Below, piece after piece: positions 1 through 18,800 of a stretch of 64,000 nt of DNA (positions are counted from its first letter, which is position 1; each line of letters starts with the position of its first letter). Position numbers and translations under genes: made by a program. The DNA lies in NCBI GenBank assembly GCA_002269645.1, contig NIVC01002617.1, forward strand, positions 92,510-156,509. Direction: 5' to 3'. This DNA comes from Macrostomum lignano (lineage: Eukaryota). The notes below the pieces were generated by a model. The model saw only the letters and a list, made by a program, of their open reading frames with translations, was not told where the DNA came from and ran no database searches.

Positions 1-54
1 GACTATAGTATTGCAACCAAATGAAAAAATATTGGATCTAGATCGAAAATATAA

Positions 55-7258
<7,204 letters not shown>

Positions 7259-7481
7259 CGATAATAAACATAATTGAATTTCCTAATCACATTGAGTTTT
7301 TAGATAACAAATCATTTTTAAACTGGACGTAAAAAACAAGAAAATGGAAGTTCTAAAAATAGCATCTGGCCCATAGAGGTCGACAGCTGAGATGATATTT
7401 GGTATTTCATAATACACCCAACTACAATAATCTGCACATAGCTACGTTAACAAAACGATAAAATACAAAGAATTTGCTTAA

Positions 7482-7820
<339 letters not shown>

Positions 7821-7833
7821 TCTGACTGAGATT

Positions 7834-8333
7834 AGAACAGAGCGGCTTTTGATGAGAACAGAGCGGCTTTTGATGAGAACAGAGCGGCTTTTGATGAGAA
7901 CATAGCGGGTTTTTATGAGAACACAGCGGGTTTTGATGAGAACAGAGCGGCTTTTGATGAGAACAGAGCGGCTTTTGATGAGACCAGAGCGGCTTTTGAT
8001 GAGAACAGAGCGGGTTTTGATGAGAACATAGCGGGTTTTGATGAGAACAGAGCGGGTTTTGATGAGAACAGAGCGGGTTTTGATGAGAACAGAGCGGGTT
8101 TTGATGAGAACATAGCGGGTTTTTATGAGAACAGAGCGACTTTTGATGAGAACAGAGCGGGTTTTGATGAGAACAGAGCGGGTTTTGATGAGACCAGGGC
8201 GGGTTTTGATGAGAACAGAGCGGGTTTTGATGAGAACAGAGCGGGTTTTGATGAGAACAGAGCGGGTTTTGATGAGAACAGAGCGGGTTTTGATGAGAAC
8301 ACAGCGGGTTTTGATGAGAACAGAGCGGCTTTT
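7834..8333. repeat. 21-bp minisatellite (TTTGATGAGAACAGAGCGGGT), about 24 copies, in the putative 3' UTR of the 110-aa ORF
   Basis: Direct tandem repeat between the stop codon (7820) and AATAAA (8380). Confidence 0.95.
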
Positions 8334-8560
8334 GTGTCGTTTTAAGTCTTTGTTCTCCGATTTGAAGAACGTATTAACTAATAAAATAAACAATTTCAAT
8401 AATTAAGGCGCGGATTTAAAAGTATAATTCTGATCAAACTTCCGATTCTTTTGAACATTTAAATCCGTTCTTTTAGCTTCACTGGCCAGTCACCGATCTG
8501 CTATTCTCGTCTGGAAATTTAAACAAACTGTGTCCAGCCCTGAATCTTTGATGTCCCCTA

Positions 8561-8775
8561 ACTCAGTCACTGCATCCAGCCCAGATCTTCAGTCACTGCA
8601 TCCAGCCCAGATCTTCAGTCACTGCATCCAGCCCAGATCTTCAGTCACTGCATCCAGCCCAGATCTTCAGTCACTGCATCCAGCCCAGATCTTCAGTCAC
8701 TGCATCCAGCCCAGATCTTCAGTCACTGCATCCAGCCCAGATCTTCAGTCACTGCATCCAGTCCAGATCTTCAGT
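8561..8775. repeat. 26-bp minisatellite (TCAGTCACTGCATCCAGCCCAGATCT), about 8 copies
   Basis: Direct tandem repeat. Confidence 0.95.
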
Positions 8776-9832
8776 GAGTTCTTTTAAGGAATATTTTATT
8801 CAGAGAAATGATTACTAACAGACTCCAAACTAAAAAAAACATCACAAAAGAAAGATGAATAGTATGTAAAGAGTATGTATGCAGGAGAACAATGGTACAA
8901 ATTCATTAATGTTATCACGATGATGTATAAATTTATTTAGTTAAAAGCTAGCGGCTTACAGTTGAAGCATATTGTACAGTCAAGTGCTTGATCAAACTAA
9001 TTCAGAGTAATTGATATAGACAGAAATATGCGCAACCCGAAGAACAAGCTAAAATTGATTTCTACTACAAGATCTATTCATTAACTTTTATTTCAAAAAA
9101 TGCCATATCTTTATTATTATATTAGTATGCTTTTATGTAGGCGTAGGCAATATTGAAGTACATTTTCTGAGCCTTTAACCTGTAAAGTGAACAATCGCAT
9201 GTTCGACACTAATAGAGAATTTATATAAACATTCTATGCAGACTAATGTGCTATTCACACTAAACTAAGTAGTGTATAAAGCACTATTGGATAACTAAAC
9301 TAGAATGCTCTGGAGAAATCGGGTCACTCTTCGCTGAATTTGTCTATGGCCGAAACCCCATTAAGCGCAATGCGTTCTCGAATACATGTAGGCTCCTTAC
9401 CAAGAACATCTGTCGCGATTTTTAATCTCAGCTTGAAAAGGACATAAAAAAGCAACACAGCAGATTGAGGGTGAGCTTGCAGGCCAGCCACAATCTCAGA
9501 CAATTCAGTCAGCCATTAACATTGGTAAAGTAAAACAAATGGTAGCGAACCTTGACAAAGCAACTTTTGTTTAACAATCAGATCAATGTAAATCCTTAAG
9601 CTACAGAGCAGAATCAATTAAAAGATTTTTAATCAATTTGGTATAGAAAAATAGACTTGTTTTTTGTGAGTTTATAATCCGACTGTTTATGAGAAGGCAT
9701 GCAGACAGACAGACAGACAACTTTGTTCAGAGGAAGAGCTACAGGTATTTGGACGGCTACACTACTGTATAAAAATACAAAGGCTGATTGGAAATTCGAA
9801 TCGGATTTAATCAGCTGATATTCGGCCGGCAT

Positions 9833-12800
9833 TCACGGCTGCTTGGACGCGTCAGCTTGAGATGCTCGCTCGAGCCGGGCGGACAGCTCGCGGACTTTGT
9901 CGCCCCAGTACTCGCCGCTCCGCTGCAGCTGGCCTGACAGCTGAAATATTGGCCCGGGCTGAGCTAATTAAGGCGAAAATACCTTAATAAATTGCTGGGA
10001 TGCCAAGACTCATGGGGGGAATTACTCAGATGCCAAGACTCAAGGGGGGAATTACTCAGATGCCAAGACTCAAGGGGGAATTACTCAGATGCCAAGACTT
10101 AAGGGGGAATTATTCAGATGCCAAGACTCAAGGGAGGAATTACTGAGATGCCAAGACTCAAGGGGGAATAACTGAGATGCCAAGACTCAAGGGGGAATAA
10201 CTGAGATGCCAAGACTCAAGGGGGAATTACTGAGATGCCAAGACTCAAGGGGGAATTACTGAGATGCCAAGACTCAAGGGGGAATTACTGAGATGCCAAG
10301 ACTCAAGGGGGGAATTACTCAGATGCCAAGGCTCAAGGGGGAATTACTGAGATGCCAAGGCTCAAGAGGGACTGACTGAAATGGCAAAGTTCAAATGAAA
10401 TCGCTTTAGCCCAAATCAAGTCTGTGTTGTGACCCAACTCAACCCAACTCAATGTTGTGAGAGCTGCTCACCTCGCTACACCGGCTAATCCAGTAGTTCT
10501 TGTCCAGCTGGCTCGCATCGGACACTCCAGCCTCCTTCATCGCGCTTTCAACAGCGGAGCGAATCTGAATATAAAAGAAGTAAAATTTGCGAGGCTACAA
10601 GGGTCAACTTCATGATAGGCTTATTTGTGGCGCCAACAGGGGTTATCAGGGGCTCCAACAGGGGGTACATGGGATCAACAAAGTATCCCTAAACAAGCTT
10701 AAATTAGAATAAATTAGCACTTTTTAGTGTTAGTACAGTAAAGTAAATTGATAAAGAAAAATAAAAATAGGTTAAGTATTCACGCATTTCTACTAATAAG
10801 TAGGCTGTAGAGTAAGCAACGTACTTTTTCTCGATCAACGTTGGACAAACCAAGATTGGCGGCCTGAAATGAAATTTTAATCAGTAACAAAGAGCTAAAA
10901 TATTTTAAACTAATAGCACACTAAATTTATAGTGTACATGTGCATCTTAATAAACTATCGGGTTTGTGCTGGGCATGCGAGCCGACTAATCTAATCAATG
11001 CAAGATGAAACGGGAAAGGAGTTGGAAATAACAATATAAGACAAAGGGGAAAATCAGAGGAAAGTTTTAGCACTAGAAATATTCGCGTGAATATTTTTAA
11101 TATCTTATAAAAATGCCTTATTAAGAAAACTTTCCAATTGCTTCTGTTCACACCAACGGGGTCATTTAAAGGTCATCACTATAACTTCAGCCACTCTCAG
11201 GTCATCGCTAAGGTCATCATCTCATTGTTGTTTTTACTTTTTATAACTTCAGTTCTTAGGACCACTGTCTGGTTGCCACTAAGGTCACTCTTTGGTTGCC
11301 ACTAAGGTCACTCTTTGGTTGCCCGTAAGGTCACTCTTTGGTTGCCCCTAAGGTCACTCTTTGGTTGCCACTAAGGTCACTCTTTGGTTGCCCGTAAGGT
11401 CACTCTTTGGTTGCCCCTAAGGTCACTCTTTGGTTGCCACTAAGGTCACTCTTTGGTTGCCACTAAGGTCACTCTTTGGTTGCCACTAAGGTCACTCTTT
11501 GGTTGCCACTAAGGTCACTCTTTGGTTGCCACTAAGGTCACTCTTTGGTTGCCACTAAGGTCACTCTTTGGTTGCCACTAAGGTCACTCTTTGGTTGTCA
11601 CTAAGGTCACTCTTTGGTTGCCACTAAGGTCACTCTTTGGTTGCCCGTAAGGTCACTCTTTGGTTGCCCCTAAGGTCACTCTTTGGTTGCCACTAAGGTC
11701 ACTCTTTGGTTGCCCGTAAGGTCACTCTTTGGTTGCCCCTAAGGTCACTCTTTGGTTGCCACTAAGGTCACTCTTTGGTTGCCACTAAGGTCACTCTTTG
11801 GTTGCCACTAAGGTCACTCTTTGGTTGTCACTAAGGTCACTCTGGTTGTCACTAAGGTCACTCTTTGGTTGTCACTAAGGTCACTCTTTGGTTGCCCCTA
11901 AGGTCACTCTCTGGTTGCTCAGAGGTCATCTCAAGGTAATGACTAGCTTCAGTCCTCAGTCTCACTGAAAGTTTATGGCTAATTAAATACAAGGTTATAA
12001 TATAACTATAAAACCTCTCACACTTTTCTGGTCGCTTTTAAAAGCACCTGGCATCCTATTGAGGGTCATTTAGGGTCACCAAAAGTACACCAAAAAGAAC
12101 AGATTAGATTTTAAAGTTAAAGAAAAACCGGGCCCGAGCCTCCCTGCTCACCGCCTGATCGTCGAAGAACACCTGAAACGCCCGCGCCTCAAGCTGCGCC
12201 TTCAACGCGCCGACAGTCTGGTCGCGGCTCTCCGCCTGCACCCTGTAGGACTGCGCGGCCAGCCTCTCCCGCTCCAGCTCGCTGCGCAGCTGCCGGTTCT
12301 CCTTCTGCAGCTGGTTAATCTGCTGGTTCAGCCGGCTCACAGAGTCGGTGCTGTCCCGCAGCCGGCCGTGCAGCTCCTCCAGCGCCGCCGCCCGATCCGT
12401 GTCGCCCAGCTCGCAGTCGTGCAGCCGAGTTCTCAGCTGGTTGAGCAGCGCCTGCTGCTGAGCCGAATGGCTTTGCAAGGCCCGGAATTTGTCCAGATCC
12501 ACCGGCTTGGCCTGGCCGAGCTGGCCGCGCAGCTGCTCAGCCTGGTCGGCCAGCTTGTCCCGCTCCTGCTGCAGGGCCGCTATTGCCCGGCTCTGCTCCC
12601 GGATCTTCTTGCCAAGCTTCTCGTTGGCTGCCTTCTGATCGGCCACCCAGGTGTTCACGTTGCTCACCACCAGCTCGCTGTCGCGATGGAGCCGCTCGGC
12701 GTTGGCCCGGCTGTCCTCCAGGGCCATGCGAAGGTTGCCGCACTCATCGTGCAGCTGCTGCAGCGAGGCCTTGGCCTGGTCCAGCTCGTCTTGGCGGGCG

Positions 12801-15800
12801 CGCAGGCGCTCACTGAGGCCGGTGTTGTCCACCTGGCAGGGGAGTTGAAGGGGGATGAAGCTGGAAGGATGAGGCTGGAAGGACGAGGCTGGAAGGACGA
12901 GGCTGGAAGGATGAGGCTGGAAGGACGAGGCTGGAAGGACGAGGCTGGAAGGATGAGGCTGGAAGGACGAGGCTGGAAGGACGAGGCTGGAAGGATGAGG
13001 CTGGAAGGATGAGGCTGGAAGGATGAGGCTGGAAGGACGAGGCTGGAAGGACGAGGCTGGAAGGACGAGGCTGGAAGGATGAGGCTGGAAGGATGAGGCT
13101 GGAAGGATGAGGCTGGAAGGATGAGGCTGGAAGGATGAGGCTGGAAGGATGAGGCCGAAAGAATGAGGCTGGAGAAATGGGGTTGGAAGGCTGGAAGAGG
13201 AGAGTTTTTAGCGAGTCGCTAACTTTTTATCCCAGTAGAAACCAGGCCTCACCTTGAGCACCACCAGCTCCTCCTCCCGCTCGGACAGCTCCCGGCCAGC
13301 TGCTGCGCCCGCTCCTCGGCCCGCCGCTTGTCCTTGTCAGTCTGCTCCAGACGGCGCGCCATCTCCGCCTTGGCTTCCTCGACCCGTTGCACCGTCTCGT
13401 AGACTCGCGCCGCGTCCTCCCTCGCCCTACGCGCCGCCTCCTCCGCGCCGGCCAGCTGCTCGGCCAGGCTGGCGGCCTGCGCGTCCGTCCGGGCGGACTC
13501 CTGCCGCAGGCGGACCAGCTCCCGGCCGCGCTCGTCCAGACTTTGTGCCGATTCTTTATTAGCAGACTGGGCCGACTGCAGCTGGCGTTGAAGCTCCTCA
13601 GCTGCCCTCTGGCGTTCGCTCAGCTCGGCGTTCAGCCGCGTTGTCGCCGCCTCCCGGTCTGCGAGCTGGCGCTGCAGAGTGGACACCTGCGGCCGGGTGG
13701 TAGGATTGAAATAGTGAATGTCGCATCCGAGGCCTTGGGTACAGGTCAGTATAACTTTTTCATCAGAGGCAGGGGGTTGTGTGCACCCTGGCGCACTTCA
13801 GGCGACATTTTTACACCATTGGCATTACTGACCATTCCGCCGACTCCCCTGAGCAGGCACACAAGCGCACGGATACGTACGCAGTCATACGCACAGGCAC
13901 AGACTCACAGGAGTGTACAGCGGCCCTAACTTTATTTATCGTTGGCATATACACTTCACTGTGCCTTGGGGGTTGGCTCTCAAGAGCGTTAAATGCACGA
14001 GCAGAGCCAAGCTGAGATTCCAATTTAGCCTCAAATTAATGTGACTGCACTTGAAATCGAGCCTGGGCTGCTGGCACATCAGAGCGCCGCGCTGGACCAC
14101 TAGACTATGCCCTCCTCAGGTTAGTACAACTCAATCCTCTTTCTACCGCAGCTCAGAGCTGCTGCCAAGCCACTTCAGACCACAGTGGAGGGGCTTACTT
14201 GAGTGATTCGAAACAACGCAAGCCGATTCAACTGCGTACTAACCATAGACAACTGTGCTTAACTTGACCACACTTCAGCTGGCCAATCAATCTCGCTCAC
14301 CTGCTCCAGCAGCCGTTTCACCTCCTCGCCCCGCTGTCCAGCCTCCTTCAAGGCGGCCTGCAGTTGCTGCCGCAGCGCCCTCGCCGCGACGTCCTTCTCA
14401 GCGCCGCTCTCGTGCATCTGCCGGAGCCGCTCGCCCATGGCCTCGAGCTCCTCGGTGAGCTCGGCCAGGCTCTGCTCCCGCTCCTTGCTCCGCGCGACCA
14501 GGTCCTTCTCGCAGCGCCGGCCGGTCTCCAGCTCGTCCTGCAGTTCGCTCACAAGCCGTCGAGTGGCGGCGAACTGCTTGCCGATATCGGCGCTCCTGGA
14601 CCGCTCCAGCTTGAGCTCAGCTTGCAGCTGCACCAGCAGTTGCTCCTGCTGCTCAACCTGCCTAGCCAGCAGCCGCTCGTGCTCTCGATGACCTTCAACC
14701 TCCACCTCGGCCTTCTGCAACCGCTGCCGCTGCGACTGAGCCTCCTGAGCGGAGCTGTGCGCCTCCTCCTTCACCGACAGCACGTCGCGTCGCAGCCGCT
14801 CAACCGAGGCGCGCTGATCGGCGAGCTCGGCTTCGCTGGCCGCGCATCGCTCCTGCAACAGGCGCAGCTCCGCCCCGGCCCGGCTGGCCGCCGCCTCGTG
14901 CTGCGCCGCCTCCTGCGCCTTGGCGGCCACCTCCGACTGCAGTTGGGCCACCTGCTGGCTGAGCTGCTCAGCCTTCTCCTCTTGAAGCTCCGCTAAGCGA
15001 GTGGACTCTCTGGAAGTGAGGATCAGAGATTAGCGTGTTGCTCCTGTAAAAATCTCAAAACATCGTATCGTCAAAAAGGCATCGCCATAAAATAAATATT
15101 CACAGGAAGGCTACGGGCACCCTGGCGCAACGCCATCGGTGAAATCGTCCAACAGCCCGCGCTGAGGCAATTCTGCCCATTCCGCTGACTTCTGAGCCCA
15201 TGCAAGAGTACCAATACTGTACGCACTCAAACACAGCTCACACAGGGTGTACAGCAGCCCTGACTATCTAATCGTCAGGCATGTACACTCTCTGTGCCTT
15301 TGGGGTTGGCAAGTTTGCGTGCACAAGCCCCAAATGAATGTGGCCGAGCACGGAATCGAACCAAGGAGTGACGCTTTTACTGCTGAGCTACCGGTTTACT
15401 GCTGAGCTACCGGTTTACTGCTGAGTTACCGGTTTACTGCTGAGCTACCGGTTTACTGCTGAGCTACCGGTTTACTGCTGAGCTACCGGTTTACTGCTGA
15501 GCTACCGGTTTACTGCTGAGCTACCGGTTTACTGCTGAGCTACGGGTTTACTGCTGAGCTACCGGTTTACTGCTGAGCTACCGGTTTACTGCTGAGCTAC
15601 CGGTTTACTGCTGAGCTACCGGTTTACTGCTGAGCTACCGGTTTACTGCTGAGCTACCGGTTTACTGCTGAGCTACCGGTTTACTGCTGAGCTACCGGTT
15701 TACTGCTGAGCTACCGGTTTACTGCTGAGCTACCGGTTTACTGCTGAGCTACCGGTTTACTGCTGAGCTACCGGTTTTCTGCTGAGCTACCGGTTTACTG

Positions 15801-18800
15801 CTGAGCTACCGGTTTACTGCTGAGTTACCGGTTTACTGCTGAGCTACCGGTTTACTGCTGAGCTACCGGTTTACTGCTGAGCTAGCTCGTCAAAAAGAGA
15901 CCGGCTGTAAATCTTGCTCGCTCGAAATTTCGCATCATCAAAATCATGAAGACGCTCCCTCACCTGGACTGCGAGCGCAGCTCCGCCAGCTCCCGCTTGG
16001 CCCGGTCCGCCTCCTGCTGCCAGGCAGCCACCTCGGCGGCCAGGTCGGCCTTCTCGCACTCGCTGGCCCGCAGCTCTGCCTGGCATTCACTGAGGCTCGT
16101 CTCAGCCAGCTCCAGCTCCTCCAGCTTCTTCTCTGTCGCATCCTTCAGCGTGTCGTAGTCCGCCCGCAGCCGGTTGGCTTCCGCCGACTTGGCCGATAAC
16201 TCCTGGCGTAGAGATGTTGCCAACTCAGCATGACGCTGAGCGTCGGCTTCAAGTCGCGACTGAGACTCTTGCAGTCGAGCCTGGTCTGCTTGCTGTCTCT
16301 GCTGCGCCGAGGACAGCTGATGCTGCAGCTGCTGAACCTGCCGGAGTTGGAACGGGAGTTAGAAAGCTTGAAGTTATTTTGAGTTGTTACTGTGGAGTGG
16401 CGATGTACATTTATGAGTTGGATTATTCACTAGGACTGTATATCATGTTGAGTTTATGTTGAGTTTCTAAAACTGGGGCAGTGTACATCAGGGGTAGAGT
16501 TTTTAGAACTAGGGGCAGTGTACACTGGGGGTAGAGTTTTTAGAACTGGGGGAAATGTACACTGGGGGTAAAGTTTTTAGAACTGGGCGAAATGTACACA
16601 GAGGGTAGAGTTTTAGAACTGAGGGAAATGTACACTGGGGGTAGGGTTTTTAGAACTGGAGGCAGCGTAAAATGGGGGTTAGGGTTTTATGATGGCGGCT
16701 ATGTACACTGATGGAAGGGTTTTTTATTAGTAAGGTTGCGTAAACTGACGGTAGAGTTTGTGTGGGCATTGTGCACTACACCGATAGGACTGCGGTCATG
16801 AACCCACCGCCTGCTCCAGCTTGGCAAACTCGGATGCGTTGGACTGTCTCTGCTCCCGCGCCGACGCCAGCTCGCTGCGCATGTCCCGCGCCGCCTCCTG
16901 CAGCTCCTGCACGTGAGCAGTCCGCGCGGCCAATTGGCGCTGCGCCTCATCCAGCTTCAGCGCTAGTGCGTCGGCGCGGCCCTGTACCTCCTCGAACTCC
17001 GCGTCGCTGCGCTGGTGCGAGTCCCGGAAGCCCGCCAACTCAGCCGCGGCCTGCCGCTCCCGCTCCTTCGCCTTGCTAGCCAGCAGCTCCTGCTCCTCCA
17101 GCCGTTCCTCAGACTCAGCCAGCTCAGCCTCCTTCTTTCGGAGCCTCTCGGCGCTGGCGGCCAGTTCCGACTGGGCTGTGGACAGCTCCGAGGTCAACTG
17201 CCGGATGCACTCCTCGCATTGGCGCGTCTGCAGCCGGTGCTCCTCCAGCTGCTTGCTCAGAGACTCAGCCTCATCGCGCGACCGATCCAACTCTGCGGAC
17301 AGCTCTGACTGGCGCCGCTCCGCCGCCTCCGCTTGCTCGCGATGGGACGTCTGCTGCCCGGTCAGAGCCTCCAGCTGGCCCTGCATAGAATGAGGCGGTC
17401 CGGTGTAGCCTGTGATCCCATCCTGTGTGATCCCATCCTGTGTTATCCCATCCATCCCGTGTGATCCATCCTATCTGATCCCATCCTGTGTGATTCTCCC
17501 TGTGTGATCCCATCCATCCCGTGTGATCCTCCCTGTGTGATCCCACCCATTCCGTGTGATCCCACCCATCCCGTGTGATCCCACCCATCCCGTGTGATCC
17601 CATCCTGCGTGATCCCATCCTGCGTGATCCCATCCTGCGTGATCCCATCCTATCTTACTCCAGCCTTCGCCCACTCACCTGAACGCTGGCCAGCCTTGTC
17701 CGAGTTTGCGACAGTGTCTGCTCCAGCCTCGTCACGTCGCCTCTGGCCGCCTCGGCCTCCCGCTCCAGCTGCTGTCCGAGCGCCCGCTCGCGCTGCAGCT
17801 CGGCGTCCGCCTCGCGGGCCCGGCCGGCCAGCCTGTGACAGTCATTGTCCAGCTTGTGCGCCCGCGACCGCGCCTCGGCCAGCGCCGCCTCCAGGCTCTC
17901 GATGGTCTTGCGCAGTCCGAAATTCGCGTTCTGAGCCTCTTCAAGCTCCGATGTGGCCTCCTCGAGATTGGCCTCGAGGCTGCGCAGGTCGCTCTGGTAC
18001 TTGGCCGCCTCCTCCTGCTTGGCGGTCCGCTCGAGCTCCGCCTCTCGCCGGAGGGTGCCGGCCGCCGCCTGCTGGTTCTGAAGCTCCTGGAGCAGCACCT
18101 AGGTTTCGGCAATTTGTGGGGATGAGGATACTGAGAGGAAATCTGTGATGATTTGTGAATTACGAATCGTATTGACTTTTTCTTTAGCCGTCCGCGCACG
18201 GCCGCATTAATTTCCTCCCGCCATCCCCTCAAACTCTGGCTGCAATCCCCTCAAACTCTGGCTGCCATCCCCTCAAAGTCCGCATTTATGTCCGCTTTAC
18301 ACCTCTTCCCGCTACTCGTTAGTAGGCTATACTTTTAATCGGCAACGTCAGTAAGCAGAAAAGCTGCAGACCTGCTGCTCCTGCTGCAGATGATTGCAGG
18401 CCTGCTCCTGGGACTTCAGCCGCTCCTCCAGCTGCTCCGTGGCCGCGGACGCCTTTCGCAGTTCCGCCTGCGTCTCCTTGACTTTGCGCTGCAGCCGGCC
18501 GATCTCAGCGTCTTTCAGCGCCGTCTCCTCTTTAGCGCTCGACAACCGGCGCAGCGCCGCCTCCAAGTCGGAGCCCAGCCCCGCTGTCTGCTGGTCGCGC
18601 TCGGCGCAGTCCCGCTGCAGTGAGCGGCACCGCTCAGCCTGGGTGCGCAGCTCCGCCTCCAGCTGCTTCACCGACTCAGTACACCTGGCGTGATCAGCCT
18701 GGGCCCGCTGCCAGGCGGACTTCAGCTCCGCCACCTGCGACTTCGCCTTCTCCAGCTCATCTTCCACTCGGATCGACTGTTTCCGGGTTCGGGTTTCATT

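Noticed and set aside
9298-9424. About 40-codon open stretch of higher GC in AT-rich DNA
   Set aside because: No start, partner exons or recognisable motif could be established.
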